This document shows, one piece after another, positions 1-11,455 of a stretch of 64,000 bases of DNA (positions within the stretch are counted from its first letter, which is position 1; each line of letters opens with the position of its first letter). The position numbers and the translations under genes were made by a program. Under the pieces are notes generated by a model. That model worked only from the letters and a program-made list of their open reading frames with translations, had not been told where the DNA came from and did not search any database. Source of the DNA: Bigelowiella natans CCMP2755 (Eukaryota > Protista > Cercozoa); the NCBI GenBank assembly GCA_000320545.1, contig ADNK01002159.1, positions 17,144 through 81,143 on the forward strand. Direction: 5' to 3'.

Positions 1-88
<88 letters not shown>
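1..88. repeat. (AT)n-(GT)n compound microsatellite in a DeSI intron; representative of dozens of intronic (AT)n, (GT)n, (GA)n, (GAT)n, (CCT)n and (ACT)n tracts
   Basis: Read directly. Confidence 0.95.
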
Positions 89-117
89 ATGCACACAACA
101 CAACACCATCGTCTTAC

Positions 118-464
118 ATGTATGGTGAGATCCATATCGCCTAATTCAATCCTTTCCCGCAGCGTGGCGTTTGGATGGCTTCCTGGAAGGCACGGGTACA
201 CGCCAGTTCCACGCTAGAGATGGTAGCAAATTTTACAACAAACGCCAACAAGCATGTATGATCTCATAAAGATATTCTCCAGTAAAAGTATGACAATGCA
301 AGACTCCGGCTCTAAGTTTGATGTTTGAAGACTGCTCCTCTTTGAATCTTGTTTGGTTGTTGCTGCTTGCCGATTACCTCTGCGTGACCATAAGCCCACT
401 CTACGCCATTGATCTCGATTCTGTTCCAATTAAGCAAGCGCATAGCAAGCACACACGTACACAA

Positions 465-502
<38 letters not shown>

Positions 503-1008
503 TGCAACAAGATGAGATCATTCCGACCACTAAACTCTCTTCTATTTGATCTACGAATCAATGGATGACCCCGTATGATACGCGCCTAGCCCTGCCCAGT
601 GAACGTAAGCGTTGTACTTGACCAGATCGTAGACATTCAGGTACGCCTGCACACCGAAGAGAAGGGAGGGAGAACACATAAGGCTATTGAACGATCGACG
701 TGTCAGTCGTGTCGCAGCACGGGCGCAACTCTTGTAAATGGCGGCAGCACCTTAATCCTAGAATCTGTCATCTAACGGGGAGAGGGCGGTCTCTTTGTGC
801 CGGTGTATTCTGCAGGGCCGTCACAGAAAGCTGGCAGCCATTCACACTGGGCCCGAGGTTGTGTTCTTCGGAATTCACTCTGTTGTTGTTTGTGTTTAGA
901 GTTAGATTCGACAAAATAATATAGATATTATCGGTATGATTATTGCCACTAAACGAACGAGCTCAACTGCCCACCCCAGACAAGGCCATTCGAGGCAGCA
1001 CAATTCAT
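118..1008 (-). CDS. DeSI/PPPDE-family (desumoylating/deubiquitinating isopeptidase) gene, 5' part; continues off the left edge
   Basis: Spliced minus-strand exons give AYLNVYDLVKYNAYVHWAGLGAYHTG|IEINGVEWAYGHAE|RGTGVYPCLPGSHPNATLRERIELGDMDLTIH. This matches the PPPDE N-terminal motifs (V-Y-L-N-V-Y-D-L, catalytic H-T/S-G, E-x-A-Y-G). The catalytic Cys exon lies outside the window. The ATG at 1008 is tentative. Confidence 0.85.
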
Positions 1009-1587
1009 CAGACAAAAATTCAAGCCAGAAACATTGAAGTATCACGCGATGTTTCACTGGTTTCACCCGACTTTTCCGTGATAGATCCTCTTTGAAGCGC
1101 GACAATCATTTTGGGATGTTTCGGGATCGGAACGCCATGTCAAAGTCATCTAAATACTTCCTACCTGGGGCTTTCGCTGCTTTTCCCGTTCCACTGCCAT
1201 TCAAAGGGGGAAATGCAGATGAGTCAGATGGGAATCCATGTCACAAGAAAGAGATTCGTCTTCTTTGGAAGCGAGCTTCCAAAGAAGGGCCCACATTAGT
1301 CGGAAGAATTGGGAGCAATTGTAAGATAACGACAAAGAGATTATCATGTCGCAATAAGGAATCAGATAGCTTTCTTCTCCCAAAGTTCGAAGCTCGAGAT
1401 TCACGAGGTAGCCTTGGGAGGAGGGGCAGCTTGCTAGACCTGAACATGGAAGAAGCATGGCGAACATGGCGAGGAGGGTTTTATTGGGATAATTTACTCT
1501 TCCGTTTGTTCTGATCGTTTGAAAGGTGCAAGAAAGGCAGGGGTTGCAAGAAGGAAGGAAACGGATTCTGCGTAGCTCTTCAGAATC

Positions 1588-1949
1588 ATGGCTAACGCAG
1601 ACACGTCCAACATTGAGGACGCGGTAATTCCACCTAAAATGAATACGCACAACATGTTATTCATATGGGCTGGAATCATGCAAGATGGTCCCGTGAGCTC
1701 TCCCTGATGCCGAATAAATCATTGATCCGCAGTGTATTTTGAAGATAGTCAGTGTCGTATACTTACCACTTCTTTATACTTCGCCCTCGCATGTAATAAT
1801 GTAAGGTTGTTCGAGCCACACATGAGATCTTGACCAAACCGGATTGGTCCGCGAACATGTAAGTTTCAGAAATAAACAATGTCCTGCTATTCCCCCAGTA
1901 TTCCCCCAACTCCGCCCTACTGTTCTTTTGGCGGCTCTTTCGTTATTTT

Positions 1950-1984
<35 letters not shown>

Positions 1985-2759
1985 CGTGTGTGTGTCTGTG
2001 TGTCTGTGTGCGTATGTACCTGGTGCAGAGGCATTTGTGACTGGCTTAAGCGGCGCCCATCGCACATACCACAGGTATCATCCTATGTATGAGACATTTG
2101 GCAAATATGTGTGACATCAAGTGTTTCGGCCGTGAGAGCATGTGATAATTTGAATATCAGGCCCTGCGGGTCATTTTGAGTCGTCTGAAGCATAAACAGC
2201 TCTCGGTGCAGGTGAGCATGATTAGACCGGGCAAAATAGTCAAGACATAAACAGTCTTAGCGGCGTTTGCTGTGATCTTTGATCAATTTTCTCACGCTTT
2301 GTTGTCTTTGTGACTGTTTCCTCCTTCCTTCTCTTCCACATGCCATCTTCGATAGAATCATACCATCGAGCTTCTTGCAACGCTGATGAAAAACTGCTCA
2401 GACGTCCGCGTGCATGTAAGTCGTACTTGCGCGAAAAATGAAGCACTGCTGCAAAGACAATCGCTACTTCCATCATAACTCTATCCTTCCTCCTGCTTTT
2501 CACGGTCGTCGTCCTATTTTGACAACAAATCTTAAGCAAAATGAATATATGATATTCACAGATAGCGCAACCCGATTTTCTTAAGGCGTTTGTCAGTAAA
2601 GTCCCGAAAAAGGTCACATAGACGACGACGACGACGAAGATGATGATGATGATGACGATGCTGAGGCTGTACAGAGGGGCATGTGGTGTGCGCCACAACA
2701 GAGAGTCAATGAAATTTGTCTACGTGTTCGATGAGAGACACGAAACATAAACGAACCTT

Positions 2760-2828
<69 letters not shown>

Positions 2829-3617
2829 GGAGGAACACACTTTTGATACTACTGCGCATAAATGCTTGAAACAGATTCGAGAACCTAACGCTCGTTTCGT
2901 CCTCAAAACAAAATGGAGCATGCAGGAGAAGTCTCAATATGACCGCATCTTGGTGAGGAAAGCAGAGGGGGGTAGGAAGGGGAAAAGATATTGAATAATG
3001 ATAACAATGATAATAGTAATAATAATGATAATGATGATGAAGGAGTGGGGAGAGTTACTGTTTCTTCTTTTGAATTTTGGATTGATGTTGTCATCGATGA
3101 TTTTTATGAGCTCCATTGCCATCATCATAGAACTCAAAGAGGTTCTCCACCCGAACCACCACCCACCAAATGCATCATCCGCCTCGGAAGAAGCAGGAGC
3201 TGTTCTTGACTTTTGATCCTGCTGCTCCCTGTTGATGATAATGATGACAATGAAGGTGCTGGTAAAGACGTGGGCTCGGGAGCTCGGGAGCCACTCCAGA
3301 GGCAGGCCATTCCGCGAAATGTATGCAGCACGCAACCCATAAAACACTGAATATAATGATGAGAACGAATGGTCGCGGATCGAGTGGCAGTGATAGCATT
3401 TTAGATTTGATAATCGCACGCACAGGCTCACGCATACGCACACGTATGACCATCATCAAGCAATCAGCAAATCAACTTGACTCGTTCCTCGCCATCCTCT
3501 TTCCTCCTCCTCCTCCTCCTCCCCATGCAGATATGATCAGCTTAAAGCAACGGGATGCAAGTTTCCTTCGCTCATGGTGAGAAGACCGACGATAAGGATA
3601 AAATACAAATAGATATA

Positions 3618-3659
<42 letters not shown>

Positions 3660-3866
3660 ATAAATATATATTATAGATGTGGGTTGCTGGTGGAGGTGAT
3701 TGTTGCCATGATAAATCAATTACTGTTCCATTTGCTGACCGACATTCTCTGCTGCTGCTGTCAGGAGAAAGGAATGGAGGGAGCGGGTGCACGAGTGAGC
3801 AGTGGTATGGAAGTTTCTCCACACACAAGAACAGAAACCTTTTCAGGCTGCATTTTTATCACGAAT

Positions 3867-3905
<39 letters not shown>

Positions 3906-4118
3906 TATATGTAAATATACAAACACACTCAGATACAACACGAAAATATAACAATTCATTACACGATATGATTTATGATATTGTATGCTTGCCGTACATA
4001 ATTAAATGAAAACCTGCTACAGACAGAGATCAGTAGGTCACGTATATCAAAATTATGAAAGACCAAGATCGATCGTTACTAGCAGCATGATGATATCCGT
4101 TGTTGATATTCGTTGTGT

Positions 4119-4156
<38 letters not shown>

Positions 4157-4310
4157 ATGGTACATCTCACCAGAGAGGAAAGCTCGCAGCAGCAGCGGTC
4201 GCCCAAGGGGAATCGCGCCATCTCCCCCATCATCATCATCAACAACAACCAAAGGTAATAACATCCCTAACCCTCCCCCCTTCCAGCGATTTCCAAAAGC
4301 ATTACGTATG

Positions 4311-4342
<32 letters not shown>

Positions 4343-6135
4343 CAGTAGTAGTAGCGGCAACATTGATATGCAAGTGCATATAGTCGCTGTTTACTGATGA
4401 AAATGACGTTCAAACGCAGGATCAGGAGGAGTAGCGGCGGTGCAGCCCAGTAGCTTCTCTGATAGGGAATGCCGAACTGCGTAATAATTCAATTCGATTC
4501 AACATTATTCGGCCAGCATAACTCACCCCCCCCGCCACCACTCGCACCTCTCGTACAATCATCAGTACATTCCACGTTATTATTCCTGGCAAATGATGTT
4601 TTATGAATGTCGCTGAGCACGGCGCCGATAGACGTCGCTAGAGAAACAGACACACAAACCACCCTCCACGACGAGAGTTGAACTATGGTTCTCGATTCCT
4701 TTTTCTAGACGACCGTAGCAAAATCGGGAGTTCCCTTGAAAAGGGGGGGTGGGGGGGGGGGATGCAGGGAGGAAGTGCAAACCTGATCTCGTCGATTATC
4801 ATTGTTGATTATTAAGGATGGAGACCTACGTGCTGCTAGAGGAAATGCTGAGTGCTTCCGAGCCGACAGAAAATCTTAGGCGACACGGTAACGACGACGA
4901 CGACGACGACGACGATGATGATGATGATGATGATAGTGATGATGATGGCGATGATAATTGACCTTCTCCTTCCTCAATCTCCCCCCCCCCCTCTAGAGCT
5001 GATACAGAACCTTGTAGCGACGGTGGTCGCGAACCAAAAGGCGATTTCCCGTCGAGTGACAACCACCGGCAACCCGTCTGTCCTCGATGAGCTACTGCGA
5101 GCCAACGACAGCTTGATCTGGGTCATCAAATACTACCACGGTCTCGTCAATGGCACGATGCAGCGCATTAAGAAGACCAAGAAGAAACCGGCAAACAGCA
5201 GTAGTAACAGCAACAAGGGCGTTCCCCACCAGCCGTCGATGGACGACGGTGACAGTAAGAGGAGGGGCAGGAAGGATAGCGAGAAGAAGAACAGGAAGAG
5301 CCGATTTAGCAGCAGCAAGAAGAAAAAGGACACCAACGTGCCATCAGCGGGTAAAGTCAGCAAGCTGAAGAAGAAGTGGCTCTCACTGCGAAAGGAATGG
5401 CGGGAGGATAAGAGCGACAAGGCGCTGCGGAAGGAGATGAGGGCAGCGAAGAAGGCGTACGAGGCGGCCAAGGAGGCATATGAAGAAGCTGAGGACGAAG
5501 ATGAGGAGGAGGAAGAAGAGGAGGATGAGGAGCCTCGGCCCGCAGCTGGGAAGAAAAACCAGCCAAAAACATCTAGTAGAGATAGTAAATTTCGCGCGCC
5601 TGAAGCGACGCTATTCAACCTAGCCCCCCCTCCGGGAGATGGCGTTGCTGGAGCTCCTTCTTCGGCAGCAGCGTCGTCATCCTTTCAGCAGCCCCCCCCC
5701 CATCAAGCACCACAACCAGTTGTGTCTGTGCTGGACTTTGACACGACTGCTACCACGTCCACTGCGATCACCACGCCAGCTGCATCTGGGTCGTCAGCTC
5801 CAGCCGCAGGAGGAGGGGGGAGAGGAGGAGGAGGAGGAGGAGGAGAAGATCTGTCTGATCCATTCGCCGCCTTGGCCTTGCGCCACTCTGTCACAGCAGC
5901 ACCGACGACCGCCGGGCCTAATCAAGGAATTGTCGGCAATCAGCAGCAGCAGCAGCAGGCAGCTGCTGGCGGTGGCGTGAACCTGATGGATCTATTCGGT
6001 AATGACGCCACACCAGCTCCATCCCAGCAGCAGCAGCAACAACAACCAGCTCAATTTAACAATCAGCAACCAGGAGGAGGGAATAGTAATAATGGCGGTG
6101 ACCAAGGGATTGACCTGATGGGAATCTTTGGATGA
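1588..6135 (+). CDS. TOM1/TOL-like VHS-GAT endosomal/clathrin adaptor (about 14 exons)
   Basis: Exons join to MANADTSNIEDA|VVRATHEILTKPDWSANI|GICDWLKRRPSHIPQ|ALRVILSRLKHKQLSVQ|NHTIELLATLMKNCSDVRVH|...VLVKTWARE...YDQLKATGCKFP (VHS domain). The GAT domain follows (METYVLLEEML...ELIQNLV...DELLRANDSLIWVIKYY). The disordered tail has DPF and LMDLFG/DLMGIFG adaptor/clathrin-type motifs. Stop at 6133-6135. Confidence 0.9.
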
Positions 6136-6299
6136 TGATGATGATGATGATAATGTGGTGGCGTGTACGACAATTCATCGGCCTTCGAATCTTAGCAGTA
6201 GGTATTGAATAGTGGCGGAGTGCGTTGTGATGGCGATGGTGTAGTAGCTGAGTATATGAGGAATCAAATCGAAAGACAGGGAGATGCGAATGAAGGCAC

Positions 6300-6840
6300 A
6301 TACGTGTCTAGATGTGTGCGTCGCTAGATCGAACCGCCTACCCTAGCTAGCTAGCTAGCGAGTACCATGCTAGTATTGCTAGCATGACTAGATGTATCGT
6401 AGCGAAAATAATAATCATTCGTATTATTATTACTAGCTGGATAGCCAGGCATGCTAGCATGCTAGCACGTGTAGACGCTTTGCCAGCGCAACTTGCTAGC
6501 GCTAGGCGCGCACGCATGCGCCTTTTTATTTTCGCATATTCTCTAGAAATCAAGAAATGTCTGCTAGCAAGCTAGATCTAGAGATCTAGCTAGTAGCTAG
6601 CCAGAGATGTGTGTTTGCATTCGCTAGCATTTATTGCCGCTCTCATCTAGCGTATAGCTAGCTAATCGTGCCACACGCTCCACGGCTATACTAGCTATAG
6701 CTAGCTAGCACGCTAGCACGTCTAGACGTGTGTATGTGACATGCTAGCTAGCATGCACATGCGATGTGCGCTGACACTGCGTGCCGGCTAGCTATGCAAG
6801 CTAACAAAGGGCCAAACAATTCACACATAGCTAGCTGAAT
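6300..6840. other. CTAG/GCTAGC-rich palindromic tract between convergent TOM1-like and Hsp60 genes
   Basis: Very dense ctag, gctagc, catg, cacgtg and gcgc words without a fixed repeat unit. Confidence 0.8.
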
Positions 6841-7127
6841 GAAATGTAGAAATACAGACGCAGCCAAGCGAATATTTCCATCTGGTGTTCTAATTGATTA
6901 GGTCGAACTCAAGACACATGATTTAGCTATCGAAAAATGCTTTCCAAGCAGTTTTCACGATGATGACCACAACGTGAATCTCAATCCAGCTCGTCATCCA
7001 TTGAGGTATGAGGTAGTTTGATAAACGGGTAGGAGGGGTGCGACAGTGAGATAGGAGAGGGTATGTCGCACGCATACGGAAGAGATGAAGGGAATGATGA
7101 AAGTCGTCTTACGTGCACGTTAGCAGC

Positions 7128-9112
7128 TTAGAACATGCCTCCCATGCCGCCCATTCCTCCTCCAGGCATTGCAGGTGCAGCAGCAGGTTTGTCCTCTGGA
7201 ATCTCGACGATGATGGCCTCAGCCGTCATCATCAGCGACGAGACACTAGATGCGTCAAGAAGCGCGGTTCTAACCACCTTCGTAGGGTCGATGACGCCGG
7301 CCTCGATCATATCGACGTACTCGCCGCACGCCGAGTTCATGCCCTTAGTGGACATTTTCCCGTCAGCCTCCTCGAGCAGCTTGCCCACAATCACTTCAGC
7401 ATTCATGCCAGCGTTGTGGATTATCTGCTTCGCAGGGATCTGGATGGCTCGCTCCACGATCTCAACACCGGTCTTGGCCTCAAACGTCGACTCAGCCTTG
7501 AGCCCCTCCAGCATCTTGGACGCATAAAGAAGAGCGCTGCCGCCCCCGGGAAGCACGCCCTCCTCCACAGCCGCGCGGGTTGCGTTGAGTGCGTCATCCA
7601 CGCGGTCTTTCTTCTCACCGACCTCAACCTCGTTTGCACCCCCGACCTTTATCACTGCGACACCGCCGGAGAGCTTCGCAAGACGCTCGCCCAGCTTTTC
7701 CTTCTCGTAGCTGCTTTCGGTGCTGTCCATTGTCTCCTTGATCAGACCGCAGCGGGCCTCAACGTCAGCCTTAGAACCCGACCCGTCAAGGATGATGGTG
7801 TCGTCCTTCGTGGAGGTAAACTGCATGCAAGAACCGAGCATCTCGAGGGTTGTTTCCTCCAGCTTCATGCCGGTGTCAGAGGACACGAGAGTGGCGCCGG
7901 TGAGAATAGCAATGTCCTGCATGTTGGCCTTGCGGTTATCACCAAATCCAGGGGCCTTCACTGCGGTGACCTTAAGGTTTCCGCGCAGCTTGTTGAGGAC
8001 GAGGGTTGCAAGGGCCTCTCCATCGACATCCTCAGCAATGATCACGAGGTTGCGGGTGGCGCGACTGCATGCGTCAAGAATGTTCAGCATGGGCTGCATC
8101 GAAGAGATCTTGCCCTCGTAAACGAGGATGGCAGGCTTTTCCATCTCAACCTTCTGAGACTTAGGGTTGGTGATGAAGTAAGGGGAAAGGTACCCACGGT
8201 CGAACCTCATTCCCTTAACGGTCTCAAGCTCGTCCATCAACGTCTTTCCGTCCTGCACGGTGATGACACCGGAGTTTCCGACTTCCTCCATGGCATCAGC
8301 GATGAGATTTCCGATGGCGACGTCGTTGTTGGCCGAAATGGTGGCCACCTGGGCGATCTCCTCCTTGGTGGTGATCAGCTTTGTTGACGATTTCAGCGAT
8401 TGGACAACCTGCTCGACTGCACTGACCATTCCCTTGCGGAGCTCCATTGGATTCATGCCGGCTGCCACGGACTTAACTCCCTCGGAATAGAGAGCACGAG
8501 CAAGCACGGTGGCGGTGGTGGTTCCATCACCAGCCTTGTCGTTGGTCTTGCTTGCAACCTCGCGAACGAGCTGTGCGCCCATGTTTTCGTACTTATCAGA
8601 AAACTCAATCGACTTGGCAACGGTAACGCCATCTTTGGTGATTTTTGGTTTGCCAAAAGCCTGCTCGATCAGCACGTTGCGTCCTTTTGGACCCAGAGTG
8701 GTCTGCACAGCATCAGCGAGCTTGTTCACTCCGCTCAGCATCTCCGCACGTCCTTCATCCTATTTTGTGGTGTTCAAATAATCAGACGCGCCGTTTCGTA
8801 TGGCTAGATGAGTCAGATCAGGACGCTAGCGAGGAAAGCTCTCATCATTACTAACAGGAGCTTGCCAAAATACACTAGTTCTACCAAAATGCAAAATAAA
8901 TAATATGGGAACGCAGAAAGACATATGATTTGAGTATCACGACTGATAAGATGTCGAATCCTAGAATAGAGATCGCCATGAAGTCTTTCATGCATGAGAA
9001 TTACCCCAAACTTGATGTCCTTCCCAGAGGACATCATTCGAACGTTTTTGCCGGCCTGGGACCTTGCCTTGAGCCCGAGCGCGCGGGTGACTCTCTGCAC
9101 AGTTCTGTTCAT
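7128..9112 (-). CDS. HSP60: Mitochondrial chaperonin 60 (Hsp60/Cpn60), 2 exons (9112-9005, 8759-7128)
   Basis: [21 protein letters not shown] and [12 protein letters not shown] motifs and a GGM tail. Exon 1 encodes an Arg/Ser-rich presequence [29 protein letters not shown] followed by GKDIKFG|DEGRAEML, joined by a GT-AG intron at 8760-9004. Confidence 0.97.
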
Positions 9113-9545
9113 CCTGCTAGCTTCCTAATTTAGGGAAAGAGCAATATGGTGTTAGCACAGAGTGCGGGGCTTTGTTTTCCACAAATTCGCTCGCGTGTTC
9201 GTGCCACACAGTGTCAATGGTAGCTGTCCCAAGAGAGCAAGAGAGCATGAATATCAAATGAAATTCTCCATAGCAATAGCAAAGAGCGAGATAGAACGCG
9301 AATTGCGAAGAGCATGCGTGTGTGGTGGGTAGGATGACAGCCGATATCGGGCGGTTGGGTGTTGAGGGTGGCACCTGCTTTCGGTATGTGGTGGAAGGTG
9401 CGCACGGTATTGCCGAACGGATATGTAGTTTCATTCCGACGACACGCTTTTGATGGAGAAACACTTCGTCAGTCGTCGGGCATTTTTCATATTTTTTATA
9501 AATCCCGATATTACCGGATGTATTACCTCCAGCCCCTGTTCCTCC

Positions 9546-9570
9546 CGAATTCTCCAGAACCTGCAGAAAG
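9546..9570. promoter_or_regulatory. Possible degenerate heat-shock element in the Hsp60/Dabb bidirectional promoter
   Basis: cGAAt-tCTCc-aGAAc-cTGCa-gAAAg: five in-phase pentamers, two perfect nGAAn and three with one mismatch, lying between two stress genes. Confidence 0.3.
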
Positions 9571-9845
9571 GAGCTCGGCGTGAGAAAGCCGTTTAATGGT
9601 GAGGGAAAATTACCCCTTTTTCAGTGTATGACAAGGAATTCTTGAAGTCGTTGAGATCAATCTTACTTGGTTTTCTGTTGAAGAAGATATTTTCCGGGTT
9701 ACTTCGGGGATTTTATTAATATTCTGTCGGAAATTCGGAACCCATGCTGCTGCTGCTTCGGAACCCAGTGCAACACGTGGCTCTCCTATACCCTACCTGC
9801 CTTCGCCGCTCCGTTTGACCTTCTCAAGCCCTTTTGACAAGAGCC

Positions 9846-10749
9846 ATGCCGATAGTTCACATCGTTTTGTTTAAGGTAGCTCTGACTGGTACCTATCATG
9901 TGTGTTGCCTCCTTTCAGTATCATTCTCATGCATTTACGATGGTATTATCGCAGTTGGAATCACCCGAGGACAGCAAGGTCGTGAGGACAAACCTTTACC
10001 CAACATTTGAACGAGATGGAGTCATAATCACATGGCAATGTCACACAAAACCAGGTGCTCGCAATGCTAAAGGAGGGATCGCAGCTCTTATCTAAAATCC
10101 CGGGTAACTAATCGGTCACATCGACGCCAACATTACATCTTCGTCGTATGGAGTTTGATTCGGTCTTTGATAAAGGTGTCATAAGCGCAAGTGGTGGGCC
10201 GAACTACACGAAGAGAGGAAAGTAAAAATATTTTTCCGGCTCATGTCTGCATCCTTGTTCAATCACACTAGCGTGGGAAGTGTCATTCTTTTGTCGGTTA
10301 GATTTATCATAGACTTTTTAACTTGTAAGCATGTCTTTAAGTACCGTGGACTTTCAGTTCTCTTTCTTTGCAAAACAACGCTTCCTCTAATTTTTATATA
10401 CATCAGAGGTTACAACTATGGAATAAGCATGGTTTTTGAATCCAAAGAAGCTGAGGCTGCGTACCAGGTAACATAACCAGGATATATGGCGAACAGCGAA
10501 TAACATCAACATCGCATTAAGAATTTGATTCGCATTCATTTTTGCAGTAACTATATCTTCGCAAGTGTAATCTCTTAGTATTCATTCTGTGTCAAAATTA
10601 TGCAGGTTCATCCAGACCATGTTAAATTTGTGAAAGAGCGTGTCAGGCCTGCGCTGTCAAAGGCATCCGACCCTGTGCTGGCTGTTGATTTTGAAGACAT
10701 GTCTATATCAACAACGTCAACAACGTCCAGCCCACAGTCCAAGGTTTAG
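9846..10749 (+). CDS. Stress-responsive A/B-barrel (Dabb) protein, 6 small exons
   Basis: MPIVHIVLFK|LESPEDSK|VLAMLKEGSQLLSKIPG|VISASGGPNYTKRGK|GYNYGISMVFESKEAEAAYQ|VHPDHVKFVKERVRP...VLAVDFE...QSKV*. The Dabb hallmarks HIVLFK, IPG, Y-x-x-HPxH and VDF are present. Missed by the ORF track because the exons are short. Confidence 0.9.
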
Positions 10750-11120
10750 CGTAAGTAAAAATGTTCCGTTGAAAAATCTAAGACAAGGCAACAATACTGT
10801 GACTCTCAATTTCTGCAACGAGTCTTACTTGCTGCTGTGCGCTGCTAGCACAACGCGGATTATAGACAAGATCAAGGCCGTGCAGCACCCTGGCTATCAT
10901 GCGCAAGACCATGGCAACCACGGCCGATGTTGCACGCCTGTGTGTCAATCATGTTAGTTGCGTGTATTTGGTAACTCAAAGACGTGCGTTACAATTAGCT
11001 GCACTAAGCCTTACATGAATACCGTACGTGCATAGTGCGCACTATCGTTGTCGCATTCTTGTGTTGTTGTGCGTGATCTCATCGCAGCGCAAGCCCGTCG
11101 TTCAGGCTGCATCACATGCA

Positions 11121-11167
<47 letters not shown>

Positions 11168-11196
11168 AAGTATAAAATTTGATATACATCTAGTAC

Positions 11197-11232
<36 letters not shown>

Positions 11233-11455
11233 ATAGCTAGATACAGTATAGGCGCTGTAGCCGCTGCTTTGCATAGCTACATTAGGATGATCATTGAATT
11301 TTTGAATCATATTATTACATCCGTCCAACATATATGCATGAGCTATTGCTACAAATCTGCGGTTACGGAAAGAAATGATCTAACTATCACTCGAGGCTAG
11401 GCTGCAAAACACAGCTAGCTCGATCACACCTAACTAGTAAATTCAAATGTACTTG

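Noticed and set aside
1092-1650. 140-aa (+) and 149-aa (-) ORFs between DeSI and the TOM1-like gene
   Set aside because: No recognisable motifs; they lie in the divergent promoter/5' UTR, and the VHS gene starts at 1588.
7113-8387. 424-aa plus-strand ORF and other ORFs overlapping Hsp60
   Set aside because: Antisense shadow of a codon-biased gene; no independent protein features.
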